From the NCBI RefSeq assembly GCF_009914755.1, contig NC_060926.1: 64,000 nucleotides of DNA; one strand, given 5' to 3'. The DNA comes from the human T2T-CHM13v2.0 reference genome, Homo sapiens. This document shows, piece after piece, positions 1 to 18,689 of the stretch. The notes under the pieces were generated by a model. The model did no database searches. It was not told the origin of the DNA and saw only the letters and a list, made by a program, of their open reading frames with translations. Numbering within the stretch: the stretch's first letter is position 1; each line of letters begins with the position of its first letter. The translations under genes and the position numbers were made by a program.

Positions 1-770
1 TTCCCCAAGTCTTTGCAGATTTTCTGCATTCGGACACTCCTTCAATGCTTAGCCAGGCCATTCACAACTCTCTGCCTTAGCCTTGCTTCCTACTTGTACT
101 GAGCCTAAAGGTCAACCAGTGGTGAAAGTGTCTGGTCTTCTCAGGTCTTTTCTGAACATGCATCTTGCTCTGTGCATGCACTTTCTAGTTTCCCTGGTAT
201 ACATGGGAAATTTTCCAAGCCCTTATGCCCCAAAGATTCTCAGTTTTTCTTTCCTGCTTTTAGTATGTCTATTGTTTCCCTTGAACTGTTAATTTTTGCT
301 CCAGGCAGTAGTGCCTTGTTCATTTGGTTTTCAGTATTTTCAAGGAACATTCTTCCCCTATAAAACTACTTTTTCACTCTAAGAGAGTTATGTTAGGTGA
401 AACTAAGGCAGGTCCCTTGTGTCAGTCCACGGCTAATACTCAGACATGTCAAAACAAACACAATTCCTTGGGAACAAGGTACTACTCCGTGCTGTCTTTG
501 GGAGCAGGTACCTACATCAGGACCAAGGGCTGCCGTCTTTAAGACCACCATGCTGGGTAAGGGGATAGCAGAAGGCTAAGTTAAAATGCTACAAAGTTCT
601 TCTACCTTGTGCTGATGGCCTTTCTCCTGGTTTAGCAAACACTTGGTTACTATAAACCTTTGACTATCTTCCAAAGTTCAGATAAGGTTGGCTTTGACAG
701 TTTTCCGTATTTTTTGGTGTTTCTAGAGAAGGCACTTTCTCCCTTGGAGGTCTCTACTCTACCATTTTTG
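1..770 (-). mobile_element. Old L1M 5' region fragment
   Basis: Resembles antisense L1M 5'UTR sequence ending in ccattttt; judged by eye. Confidence 0.5.
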
Positions 771-840
771 CTTGTCGTTCCCAGGTGGAGTTGTGTGTCC
801 CTCTGACCATCAAAATAACTAGAGTGACATCAATTATTTT

Positions 841-1132
<292 letters not shown>

Positions 1133-1464
1133 TGTGTTACATTTTTAATATCTTTGCCTTTGATTTTACTTCATCCAGTACAGTTTTTTTTAAATTTGCA
1201 TTTGCACTATTGCTCTTTGCCCATCCTTTTAGCCTTTTGAGTCACTTTACTCAAGTGTTAGTAACATCTGAATTTAACTTTTTTCCCACCCAATCTGAAG
1301 GTCTCTCTTTTGAAACAAATTTATTCCATTTAAGTTTACTGTTGTAAATGTTTGGTTTAAATTTTATTATTTTGGCTTTTTTTCATTCTGATGTATTTAT
1401 TAAATAAAGGTGTGTTCAACTAAATTTCATTTCAAAGTAAGGAGAGGGGTGAATTTCTTGTGCG

Positions 1465-3065
1465 TGGTAAAAAACACATACCAAAAAATTCCCTTCTTAA
1501 CTGTTCTTAAGTGTACAAGTCAATAATGTTAAATGTATTCACACTATGTTGAAACCAATCTCCAGAACTTTTTCATATTGCAAACCTGAAACTCTATACC
1601 CATTGAACAACAACTGCCCTTGTCCCCGTCCCCCAGCTCCTGGTAACCACTATTCTGCTTCCTGTTTATGAATGATTACCTTAGATACCTCATATGAGTG
1701 TAATCATGCAGATTTGTCTTTTTGTGACTGACTTGTTTCACTTAGCATAAGATCTTAAAGATTCATCCATATAATCCATGTAGCATGTTATAGGATTTCC
1801 TCCCTTTTTAATTCTGTATGATATTCTACTGTTTACATATACCACATTTTGTTTTTCTGTTATTCATTGATGGACATTTGGGTTGTTTCCACCTTTTAGC
1901 TATGGTAAATAGTGCTGCTGTGAACATGGGTATGTAACTGTCTTTTTGAGACCTTGCTTTCAATTCTTTGGGATACATACCCAGAAGAAGGATTGCCAGA
2001 TCATATATAGTAGTTCTATTTTTAACTTTTTGAGGAGCCTCAACACTGTTTTCCCTAGTGGTTGTGCCATTTTGCAATGCCACCAACAATGTACAAGGGT
2101 TCTAATTTCTTTACATCCTTACCAACACTTGTTTTTTTTTTTTATAGTAGCCATCCTCATGGGTGTGAGGTAATACTGTTTTGATTTGCATTGCTCTTAT
2201 GCTTAGTGATACTGAGCATTTTTTTATATGCTTTTTGGCCATTTGTATGTCATCTTTAGAGAAATGTCTATTCAAGTCCACTTTTACTTTTTTTTTTTTT
2301 TAGAGGTGGGGTCTCACTGTTTTGTCCATCCTGGTCTCGAGCTCCTGGGCTCAAGCAGTCTTTCCCCATTGACCTCCGAAAGTGCTGGGATTATAGGCAT
2401 GAGCCACCATACCTGGCCTGCCCATCTTTTAGTTAGGTATTTGATTTTTGTTGTTGTTGTTGCGACTGCTTTATATTTTCTGTATGTTAACCCCTTCTCA
2501 GATACATGATTTGTAAATATTTTCTCCCATTCAATAGGTTGTCTTTCACTCTGTTGATTGTGTCCCCTGATGTACAAGTTTTTAAGTTTAGTGTGGTCCT
2601 GTTTGTCTATTTTTGCTTTCGTTGCCTGTGATTTTGGTGTAATATTCAAAAAATTATTGCCACATTGAATGTCATGAAGCTTTTTCTGTAAGAGTTATAT
2701 GGGTTTAGGTCTTACATTTAGGTCTTTAACCCATTTTGAGTTAATTTTTGTACATGGTATAAGATAAGGGTCCAATTTCATTCTTTTGCATGTGGATATC
2801 CAGTTATCCAAGCATCATTTGAAAGCTATCCTTTTCCCACTGAGTGGTCTTGGCACCCTCGTCAAAAATCATTTGAACATATATGCGAGAGTTTATTTCT
2901 GGGCATGTTTTCTTATTTCATTGGTCTGCTTGTTTGTCTTTATACTAATATCACACTATTTTGATTACTGTTCCTCTGGTAATATGTTTTCAAATCAGGA
3001 AGTGTGAATACTCCAACATTGTTCTTGTCTTTCAAAGTTGTTTTGGCTATTCAGGATTTCTTATC
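1465..3065 (-). mobile_element. L1MB-type 3' end and ORF2 C-terminus, interrupted by an Alu monomer at about 2288-2418
   Basis: Minus-strand ORFs carry L1 ORF2 peptides ([20 protein letters not shown]; KSQATKAKIDK). Confidence 0.9.
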
Positions 3066-4071
3066 ATTTTTAATGATTTCTTGCTATTTCCAATCTTTTT
3101 TGTTGATTGCTATGTAATGCATGTTTCTTCGAGTTGGTTTTTTGATAACTTAGCAACTATGTAATCTAATTAACTAATATGCTTCAACCACTTTCTCAAT
3201 CTGTCAGTGTCAGATATGAAACTATCTATTGGCTCTATTATATGAAAAATTAAGAAACTGATTTTACTTCTTCCCACCTATCCCCCACATAATTTTCCCC
3301 AACTAACCAATAGTGGTTATATTTTGTGAATTTTGTCTCAGCTCATTTATAGTAGTAGTATTACTATATTGACTAGCTTCTGTTTCAAGAATTAGAACAT
3401 TTTACTTACATTTTATAAGATCATGAGTTATTTTACATTAGTTGTATTTAAATATAGGGTCAGTATTTACCAGGAGTCTTTTCACATACCTATTTATGAG
3501 TTTGTTAATTTCAATCTGTTGTTTGACTAGACTGTTAAATGTTCAGGAGTGATCATCTTTTATGTTCTTGCAAATTTGAGACTATTACCTTTATGTACCA
3601 GAACAACAACTGAGTTGGATATAAAAGTTTTGATTAACAGTTCTTAATTCAAAACTGTTAATTTTGCTCCTCTTTTCTGGATTACCAGTATTTAATGTTT
3701 CATATGCTTGCTTGCTTTGTTTCTTTCTTTATTATTTCCATAGTTTGGAGGGAACAGGTGGTTTTTGGTTACATGGATAAGTTGTTTACTGGTGATTTCT
3801 GAGATTTTGGTGCACCCATCACCTGAGCAGTATACACTGCACCTAATGTGTAGTCTTTTATTCCTCACCCCGCTCCCACCCTTCCCCCCTAAGTTCCCAA
3901 ATCCATTATATCATCCTTATTCCTTTGTATCCTCATAACTTAGCTCCCCGTTATAAATGAGAACATACAATATTTGATTTTCCATTCCTGAGTTACCTCA
4001 CTTAGAAGAATGGTCTCCAACTCCACATTGCTGCAAATGCCATTATTTTATTCCTTTTTATGGCTGAGTAG

Positions 4072-5151
<1,080 letters not shown>

Positions 5152-7314
5152 ATTTGTATATCTTCTTTTGAGAATTGTCTATTCTTGTCCTTTGCCCACT
5201 TTTTGTTGGGATTATTTGTTCTTTTCTTGATTTGTTTGAGTTCCTTGTAGATTCTGCATATTAGTCCGTTGTCGGATGCATGGTTTGCAAATAGTTTCTC
5301 CCATTTTGTGGGTTGTTTGCTGATTATTTCTTTTGATGTGCAGGGCCCATCTATTTATTTTTGTTTTTTGTTGCATTTACTTTTGGGTTCTTGGTCGTGA
5401 GCTCTTTGCCTAAGTCAATGTCTACAAGAGTTTTTCCAGTGTTATCTTACAGAATTGTTATGGTTTCAGGTCTTAGATTTAAGTCTTTAATCCATCTTGA
5501 GTTAATTTTTTTGTAAGGGTGAGAGATGAGGATCCAGTTTCATTCTCCTATATGTGGCTTGCTAATTATCCCAGGACCATTTGTTGAATAGGGTGTCCTT
5601 TCCTTACTTTATATTTTTGTTTGCTTTGTCAAAGATCAGTTGGCTGTAAGTATTTGGCTTTATTTCTGGGTTCTGTGTTCTGTTCCATTGGTCTTGGTGC
5701 CTATTTTTATACCAGTACCATGCTGTTTTGTTAACTATACCCTTGTAGTATAGTTTGAAGTCAGGTAATAAGGAGGCCTCCAGGTTTGTTCTTTTTGCTT
5801 AGTCATGCTTCGGCTGTGTGTGCTGTTTTTTGGTTCCATATGAATTTTAGGATTGTTTTTTCTAGTTCTGCAAAGAATGATGATGGTATTTTGATGGAAA
5901 TTGCATTGAATATGTAGATTGCTTTTGGCAATATGGTCATTTTCACAATATTAATTCTAGCCATCCATGAGCATGGGATAGGTTTCCATTTGTTTGTGTC
6001 ATCAATGATTTCTTTCAGCAGTGTGTTTCTCATTTTCCTTGTAGAGATCTTTCACCTCCTTGGTTAGGTATATTCCTAAGGTTTTGTGTTTTTTTTTGTT
6101 TGTTTGTTTATTTGTTTGTTTTGCAGTTGTTGTAAAAGGGATTGAGTTCTTGATTTGTTTCTCAGCTTGGTCTTTGTTGGTGCATAGCAGTGCTACTGAT
6201 TTGTGTACATTGATTTTGTATCCTGTAACTTTACTGAATTCATGTGTCAGATCTAGGAACTTTTTGAATGAGTCTTTAGGATTTTCTAGGTATACAGTCA
6301 TATCATCGGTGAACAGTGACAGTTTGACTTCCTATTTACCTGCTTGGGTGCTCTTTATTTTTTTCTCTTGTCTGATTGCTTTAGCTAGGACTTCGAGTAC
6401 AGTGTTGAATAGCAGGGATGAAAGTGGGCATTCTTGTCTTGTTCCAGTTCTCAGGGGAAATCCTTTTAACCTTTTCCCCATTCAGTATAATTTTGGTGTG
6501 GGTTTGCCATAGATGGCTTTTATTACCTTAAGGTATGTCCTTTCTATGCCGATTTTGCTGAGGGTTTTAATTATAAAGTGATGCTGAATTTTGCCAGATG
6601 CTTTTTCTGCATCTTTTGAGATGATCATGTGATTTTTATTTTAAATTCTGTTTATGTGGTGTATCACATTTATTGACTTGTGCATGTTAAGCCATCCCTG
6701 CATCCCTGGTATGAAACCCACTTGACCATGGTGGATTATCTTTTTGATATGCTGTTGGATTTGGTTAGCTGGTATTTTGTTGAGGACTTTTGCATCTGTG
6801 TTCATCAGGGATATTGGTCTTTTGGTTCTTTGAAAAGATAAACAAAATTGGTAGACCATTAGTGAGATTAACCAAGAAAAGAAGAGAGAAGATCCAAGTA
6901 AACTCAATTAGAAACAAAATGGGAGATATTACAACCAATACCACAGAAATACAAAAGATCATTCAAAGCTATTATGAAAACCTTTACATGTACAAACTAG
7001 AAAATCTAGAGGAGATGATTAAATTCCTGGAAATATACAACCCTTCTATATTAAATCAGGAAGAAATAGGAACTCCGAACAGACCAATAACAAGTAGTGA
7101 GATTGAAACAGTAATTTAAAAAACTGCTAACAAAAAAAAGTCCAGGACCAGATGGATTCACAGCTGAATTCTATCAGACATTCAAAGAAGAATTGGTACA
7201 AATCCTACTGAAACAATTCCAAAAGATAAAGAGGGAATCCTCCTTAAATCATTATGTGAAACCAGTATCACCCTAATACCAAAACCAGGAAGGGACATAA
7301 CAAAGAAACTGTTG

Positions 7315-7665
7315 ACTCGCTCTTTCTGTGTTTCTCTCTGCCCCGTGCTGTCTCCCCTGCAGTCTCTGCAGTCCAGGCCCTCTTCTCTCTCTATGATCTC
7401 TTTGCACTCTGTCTGTTTCTCTGTTCTGTCTGCCTCTGCTCACCCACACGTGCACTTGTGCCCCACATGCCCCACCCTCGTTCTCTCTGGTTCCCACTGT
7501 GTCTGTTGTGTGTCTCTATTCTTCTTCTGATTACTCTTTCCTCCCCCACCCTTATCTCTTTAATGTTATTGCTATGTTTGTCTCTGTGCTTTCTCTGTGT
7601 GTTTTCACTCTTTTTCTTTCCTGTCTCCCTTCTGCAGTTCTGTTTCTTGGTGTCTGGTTGTCTTC
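7315..7665. repeat. CT-rich low-complexity tract
   Basis: Strong pyrimidine bias on + strand. Confidence 0.75.
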
Positions 7666-9601
7666 TGGTGGGGGAGAAGGGATAGTTTACTATTGTCAGT
7701 ACAAAAAGTGAAGAAAAAAGGTCATTCAGTAGTTTTCCTTTATGAAGAAAAAGCTGAAGATGGTGAATGATTTCTCTGTATTTTAGATCTCTCCTTATTT
7801 ATATTAGCTCATGTTTCCAGCAGGTGGGCAAATAAACAACACAAGCAAACTACCAAACAGAGAGACCTCCATGAGAAAAGAAAATGAGAGCTTTATGTCC
7901 AACTAAATGTTTATTAATGTTTCATATATTTTTGTAAAATGGAGTTCATATCAGACTTTACATGCCTATATACGAAGAGAAATTACACTCAAAAGCAGCA
8001 TCCTGAAATCCAAAGCGTAAATTTTTTTATACGTTTACAGAGAAAGAGTTAAGATATAAAACTATGTATACATATTATAATCCAAATATACATACCTATG
8101 TGTATATATATATACGTATACATATCAGTATCACCGGAACAAAATATATGTCATACATAGAACAAAAAACTGAAATTATTATAAAAATATGAATTATGAT
8201 TTTTTCTTTTATATTTTTGTCTATTTTTTACAAGAATTATGTTCTAATAAGAAACCATAAAAGTTGTTTTTGTTTAACAATAATAGAATAAGGTAAGCCA
8301 GATTGATAAACACAAAAAGTTATAAGCTTAGAAGGTGAATTCCCAAATTTCTCATTGACTTCTATTTTGGGTGTAAAAGACCATTTTGAGCTTCCCAAAC
8401 TAGTCATAATGAACCCTTCTAGAAGTATAGTGAAATAATAGGATTAGAGAACTAGTATACATGGTTTCTGTGTCATGATAAAGTACAGTTTTCTTTTAAC
8501 TTCCAGTGCCAAGGGTTGAGTTAAATGTACTCCTCAGTTCATGACCCCTCTTTTTAAAATTTTATCACCATATGCCATCCTCATTTCTGTCTCCCCATAG
8601 GAAACCAGTCTTATGTAAATATCTTTCAGGTTACATGAGTTCTTACAAAATACATATTTTTTAAGTATGCATGAACTTTCATCATATATAAAAGGTGTAC
8701 CATTATTTTTGTTATGTTGGCTAAGTTTTGTATTTTCAAAGTCTGCCTACATTGCTGTAAGTATATATCTACATTGCTGTAAGTATATCTAATCACATAA
8801 TGCTCCATGGAGTGCATCTACCCACTTACGCATGAACACCCAGGAGCACCCAGGTTCCTGTCAGTTCCCCAGCACCACAGAACATGGCAGTGCTGTCTTT
8901 GTCCATGTCCCCTTATGCGTCTGTCTGAAACTGTCTTTAGCATATATACCCAGAAGTGGAATTCTTGGCTTACAGGCTCGTATACTTAATTTCCTACATT
9001 AGTACCAAATTGCTTTCCAGTTCATATTCCTACCTGCAGTGCATGAAAATTTCCATTTCTACTTCTCTGCCAATTATTTCTAATTTTTATCAGAACACTA
9101 GTAAAACAAGTTTCTATACCATGGGAAGATAGGTGTTTTTTTTTTTTCTTTTTAATGAGATGATACTTGTCTTGAACATCTAGAGTATCTCTTTAATTTC
9201 CGTGGGAAGAGAGTTTTTCATATAATTTACAGTGCTTTCAACCAGAATACATTCGTTTGTTCATTCATCCAAACATAATTATAGAATTGACAAAAGCACA
9301 GAGTGACATACTTTAATAAGCTTTTCTCAGATTTATATATATGAGTGAGAAAATATATGGAAAATTTTTATAACAATATTTAAAAACTTGATTTAAATAT
9401 CTGGTAAAACTTCATTGTCAAAACACAGCATCCACATTTGTTCCAAATACCCATGGAATATTTACAAAATTAATTGTACGTTAGACAAAATATTGATGAA
9501 TTCTCAAAGCAGAAGTTTTATAAGTAAGCCCATATTCTGTAACTGTAATGCAGTAAAATTGAACTTAACAACTATAATTTTTAATTTTGCTAATGCTTTA
9601 A

Positions 9602-10200
<599 letters not shown>

Positions 10201-12629
10201 TCCTATTGATTTTTAAGCTTAATTACATTGTGTTAATATTGGAATAAATAATATTGTTATGTATTTCTTTATTTCTGTGTTCATGCTAAAAAAGATCTTC
10301 CAACCTCAAGATTTGTTTTTAAAAAATTATCCTGCTTTACTTTTGATACTTTTTGAGGGATATGGAAGCTTTAAGCTTTAATTTAAGCTTAAGCTTTTAA
10401 TCTACATGGAATTTATTTTTGTGTGTATAGGTATAAATTTATTTCCAAATGGTAGCTAGTTGCCAATAAAGATTTTTAAATAAAGTAATGTCAATAAATT
10501 AATTTATTAGAAAAATCTAATGTTCTTTTGTTAAGCTAGACTCCAATCAGTTAGAATTGGTAAATAATTGGCATGGTTCTTTTGAAATTTCCGTTCAAAA
10601 CAACTGAAATAACATATGGACACCTTATAAAAATTGACAGACCTGAAGAGGAAATTAATTCTGACTGAAACATGAAGGAGTTTTATTTATTAAACTTGAA
10701 GTTGGATCAGATCATCCAAGTGAAAATATCTAACAAGCTAGATGGATCTGACCCCATGAGGATATCATGAGTGAGATGAAGATTTTAGAGTCATCCATGT
10801 AAAGGTGGTGGTAATTCTTATAGTTATTAAAGCCAAGAGGAAACATATTTGGGAGAATGCAAAGAATAAATAAATGTATAGGGCTACTTCCAGGCTGTAG
10901 TTTTTCAAAGCTGATAGAAAAACCTTTGGGAAACATGCTGTCTCGCTCTATCACCCTCTACAAAATTGTATGATCATTTGTCAACCTTCTGGTTTTCCTG
11001 TGAGTTAATTGAGTGTTTTAGCTCTTGATTCATTTTCTTTCTGTCCAACCCAAAGCCCTACCATTATCTGGGAAATTTTATTATCCCATTAGAGTTTTTT
11101 TTACCTTAGTTGTAATGATCATTGACTGTAATAATTTCCACTGCATTTTAGCCATACATTCTCTTAACTATTGTTTGAATTTTGGATTCACTCAAAATTA
11201 TTTGTTCTCTGCAATCTTTACTTCTTCACATACCAAAATAAATTTTTCAAGAACCTGTTATGCAGGCACAGTACATTGTTAATTTTCTGAGGAAGATTTT
11301 CCATAGTTTTCTGATCAACCACACTGGCAGAAATAGATAACTAGTTCTAATTTCCAAAAGGTAAGTAATAGATAGTTACCACCTGAGTTTCTGCTTCTGC
11401 AACCTTTTTTCACTAGGAATTAAATGTATGTCACAGCATTATTTTTTGGACAGACACTTGGTCATTGTGTCACCCCTTGGTGATGAGTAAATTTTATTGA
11501 AAATATACTTGCTGTTTGATTGACACAGTTCTATAAACTTTTCACAAGAAAAGACAGTCTTTTGGTGCCATAGACTATATTTCTCATTTTGACTCTGACT
11601 GTTTTATCAATGTGTGTCTCTGGTCCTAAGCCTGAGTGATTATAAATGAATTAGCGTAAACCCATGCCTCTAAAGGAAAAGCATCTCCCAGCAGGCACCT
11701 GGCTAGCTGAAGGCCAGCAGTACCAATCCTCCTGCCTGAAGAATAGCAGTGTAGGGTCATATCAGAAAACATGGCCCTTTTCCTATGTTGGATATGTTTT
11801 TCTAAGATCAGTTTCCACCTAACAAGTAATTTTTTAATTGAAAAGCTTTTATTTCTAGGTCTGTCTCATGTCTTTAATAAATACGGGAATGAGTCTCATT
11901 TAGTTCTTAAGCTAAAGAGTACTACAAAAACCCTGAAACATCTCTGAGATGGTACATTTACTTTCCATTGTTACTCTTGTATAAGACAGCAACAGGTGAG
12001 TTTGCTCTCATAGTGGAAATTAAAACAGAAGCAGCCAGCCAGCATATATTTCCTTCCAAGATTGTGTACAAGAGAAAGCCTAACCCATGGTGGCTGATAA
12101 TGCCATTTAATATATAGTCACCTAAATCTTTATGTGTCAGCTCCATTGCAGAGGACTCAGTGGGCTACTCCACACCCAAGCCTGAGGGATGAGGAGATCA
12201 TTAGAGGAGATGCGTGGGACTCTCCCACGGACTAAGGAAAGTGAACTGTTTTGGTTTACTGACCGCATATATAAATGGATTCAGGAAAAAAAAAAAAAAA
12301 AAGTTCCATCCCATGATGGGTCCTCAGCACAAATTGTGGGACATGAGTGCAGATGTGTGCATTGTGATTATTGTGAATCCGTGGATGGATTCAACATCAC
12401 ATGGCACGGTTCTGACAGTTTGTGCTTGGCCCAGCTTTAGAGTAGTGCTCCATCACTCCTATAGCATCCAGTGCCCACCTTTTTTTAGGATTGTTTGTTG
12501 TTTATTACATGAAGGCAACACTGTTTATCACTTTCCAAGGTTGATCTTTTTCTGATTTCGGTAACATAGGAGATGCAGAACTATAGAGTATAACCTTTTT
12601 TCTCCAAACAAGACTTCATAGTCCACATT

Positions 12630-13365
12630 TTTTTCAGTTGGCATACAATAAATAAGTGCATTTTATGCCTTTCTTGACATATTTTCCATGCCGTAAACTT
12701 TACCTGTTTAAAGTGTACAGTTTAATGGGTCTTGATTTAGTCACAGAATTGTGCAACCATCACCGTATTCTGATTTTAGAATATTTTAAACACCCTCCAA
12801 AAAAATCCTGTAAACATTAACAATCAATCTTCATTTCCCCAGCCTCCCACCTCTGCCACAGCCTGCAGGCAACCACTAATGACTTTCTGTTTCTATGGAT
12901 TTGCCTATTCTGGACCTTTCATATAAATGGAATCACAGTCTTTCGTGACTGACTTCATTCACTTAACATAGTATTTTCAAGGTTCGTACACCTCATAGCA
13001 TGTGCTCATTCCTTTTAATGGCCAAAGGACATTCCATTCTATGAATATACCACATTGTATCTATTCATCAGTTCATGGACATTTGTGTTGTTTCTGTTTT
13101 TTGTCTATTATGAACAAAACTGCTATGAATATTCATGTAGAAGTTTTTTTGAGGGCATATGTTTTCATTTCTCTTGGGTATATACCTAGGAGTGGAATTA
13201 ATCATATGACAACTCTATGTTTAACCATTTGAGGAACTGCCAGACTTTTCCAAAATGACTGCACCATTTTACATTCCCACCAGCAGTATGTGAGGGTTCC
13301 AATTTTTCCACATCCTAGTGAACAGTTGTTTTTGTCTCTGTCTTTGATTGTCATCTTCCTACTGG
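12630..13365 (-). mobile_element. L1MB-type 3' fragment
   Basis: Antisense L1 3'UTR motifs (aagtgtacag, gtgcaaccatcacc, ttgcctattctggac, cattcccaccagcagtatg). Confidence 0.85.
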
Positions 13366-14274
13366 GCTGGATAATTATATTGGGTTGAGAGAGAATTTAT
13401 TCTTAGACTTTTCTATTTTTAAATGTTTACCTTTTTATAGGCAAGCATTACTAAATGAAAAAGAATTTGAAATGAAAACGGAAACATTCCAAGGCTCCTC
13501 ATATAATCCAGTGTAATTGTGTGTTTTTTCACACCCTGTGGTGCACACCATGACTACTTGTGTCCTTTGGAAGTGCAGGATGTTCACAGAACCTCAGACT
13601 TGGAAGGGACCACTGGAGTCCTGTGAATCCTACCCACTCCCATCAACACTTCTGCTGCATCTGCACCAAATGACAGGCCACCCTCTAATAGCTCCACCTC
13701 TCACGTGCTACTTATGGGGCAGCCAGTTCCATTTGCCTAAGGCTTCAGTTATCAAAGGCTTTAACTTAAATCCAATATCTCCTTGCATTGGAATACCTGG
13801 CTCTGCTCCCAGAGCTGCTCTCTGAAGGCACAGGAAACAGACCTAGCCCTCTGCCTCTCGGACCCCCACCTCCTTTCCTGATGTGTTTTTTCTCAGGTCT
13901 TCACTCCATGAACCGTTCCACATGGGCTGTGGTATCTACTCTCCTTTCTGAGTTTGGCAGCTTTCCTGGGTATAAGTTTGTTGGTATCTTGTTTTTAAAT
14001 ATGTCCCTCTCAGCTAAGCTTGTTGTGCTTCAGGTAGTGAGAGCGTATTGACCAACACAACTTACCACCTTCCATTCAGTGACTGGACCATGTCTGTGGC
14101 CTAACGTATGTTATTCCTTTTGAACTCCTTAAATCTTTTCTGCCACACCCTTCCCCACAAGTTTTTGTTTATTCTCATTTCTTGAACTGGTAATACAGTA
14201 CAACCACATGATACAAAATATTTGATCAAGAGTGTCCTTCCTACTCCTGTTCCCCAGCACCCAGCCCTCCTTCG

Positions 14275-16510
<2,236 letters not shown>

Positions 16511-18496
16511 CAGAGACATTTTATAAATAAAAAAGCAAACACCTACATATACTTTTTTAGTACCTAACATGCTTTCTTCCCCTTTTTTATAGCTGCAGAG
16601 AAGGTATAATGTATTTCATATCAGTCACTTCTTTTTTATGTTCCCTTTTTTAAGGAGAAAATAAAAATATATTTTTTAACATCATTTTAGTCTCTAGTTT
16701 TATATCAGTGTTTTATATTTTACCATCTAAATCATCTGTTATTTCTAAAATGCAGATTTCGTTTCCTTTTCTAGATGGGGAAACTGACACAAAGAGGTTA
16801 TGGCTTGCCTAAATAGAGACCGCTAATAAAGGGAAGACCTGAAACTGGCCTAGCTGTTTGGAATCCTGACACAGAGCTTTTTTTTTTTTTTCCCTGCATC
16901 AAAGTTGCTGCCATTCCTCCTGCCTAATGAGCAGGACTTTACAATTGCCCCTACTAAACATGCTCTGATTTAGCCCATCATTCCTGTTATTATTTGGGAT
17001 CCTGACAGAGGCCCTCTCTCTGATGAGTATTGTATGTAAATTCTCCTGCTTTCCATATCTAAGACATTTATGTCTAAAATCTTAAGAAGGAATAGCCAGC
17101 ACCAAACCCAGTGATTGCACACAGTAATTGCTTAGTAAATATTTGTTGTCAAATGCAAGATGTACCACTCAGTAAAGACATCTGTTTTGAAATTATATTT
17201 GGATAAGGTTGGTTCAATCAGTTATGATTCTATCAACTTGTATTATCATCCAACCCATATAACTCCATCTTGCCCTCAAAGATGCTATTAAATGTTTTGG
17301 CATTTTGTTCAAATCTAGGTATGGTATGCTATGTATTCTTTTGGTTAGCCAGTAAAGTGACCTTATGTACTAGAGAAAACAAGGCTAACCTGGCAGGGCA
17401 TGCTCTGCCTGCCTGACTGAGCCTGGCTTAAATCTGCTCATCTTTTTTTTCACCAGTTCCTTGCAAATTATCTGATTCGTGATGCATCCTAAATTTTACA
17501 TGTCATCAGTGTTCAGCCCACTAGTTTGCAATGCCTACCTTTCCGAAAATCAAAGTATTTCCTTTCTTCAAGTGTCTAACATAGATCTTCCTCCCCAAAA
17601 TTCTGTTACAAGTTTCTTTGTGACTCTGGAATATGGTTTATCTAGTTCAAGGGATCAGATATGCTCAGTTTCCTATCCTTACCCTGGCTTTAATTTACCT
17701 CCACCAGACCTGCCTAAGTAGAAAATTCCCTAACATTTGTTCAAAATATAGATTACCAGACCCCTCCCCTAGAGATTCCAATTCATTATTCTGGGTTAGC
17801 CTCCCTCTGTCCTTATTAACGATGGAGATATTAACAATGAACAAGTTTAAGAAGCACTATTTTACACTATAGTATTTGTTCAGCTATATCTTGTTAATCA
17901 TTTTGTCATCCACCGACATTCCACCATCAGCTGCAATCCCTGAAATTGCCTTCATTGCTCTACTTGCTCTGAACGTAATTTAAAAGGCCTTTGGGACTCT
18001 CTAATACTTTTTGCAATGCTCTACTCATCAGGACGTCTCACGAGCCTTGTAGGTCTTTGGTGTTTGTCTTAGTATACGTGTTTGAGTCAGCTCTTAATTG
18101 GAGAGCGCTCTCTTCAGTTCATCACTCTTTTTAGCTATCTCCAGGCCTCTTTATCTCACATGAAAATTATGTGCAGGTGTCACTTCAGAATTTCATTCTG
18201 AAGATGCATCAGACTAATGTTTGGCTAGCATTCTCTTCAGAGTTTTTCCAAGCCCAGTGAAAATAGCCAGGCTTTTTTTTGTCTTACCACCTTATAACAG
18301 CTTAAGTCCTATCCACCTACAACATTCTCCCTATCACAGATACAAGGCAGCAAGTTCACAGTATCTCAAGCTTCCTCCAAATGCATCTCAACAGTTTGAA
18401 TTGGATTAGAAAGAGGACTTGTTGGCTTGCTTATCCTGTGGATAACTGTGACATTGACTGCAGGTAATAATAACAAGATCTCTTTTATTTTTCTAG

Positions 18497-18617
18497 GTAG
18501 CAAACCATGTGATTTCTTCTGACTCTATTTCCTCTTCTGCCAGTAGTTTCCTGAGCTCAAACTCTACTTTTTGCAACAAGCAGAATGTACACATGTTAAA
18601 CAAGGGCATACAAGCAG
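18497..18617 (+). CDS. ALMS1: ALMS1 coding exon (exon 17), 121 nt, VANHVISSDSISSSASSFLSSNSTFCNKQNVHMLNKGIQA(G)
   Basis: Polypyrimidine tract and ttctag acceptor; CAG|gtaatt donor; open frame that joins the next exon in phase 1; exon number from knowledge of the gene. Confidence 0.93.
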
Positions 18618-18689
18618 GTAATTACTTGAATCTAAACTTTTTCATTGAAATACATTGAAATGGCTCTTAAACATGTAAGATACTCAACC

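Noticed and set aside
7817-7830. CTCF-like CCAGCAGGTGGGCA
   Set aside because: An extra G disrupts the core spacing
12313-12415. Possible C/D box snoRNA (ATGATGG ... CTGA)
   Set aside because: Imperfect C box and no terminal stem next to the boxes; the longer hairpin explains the region better
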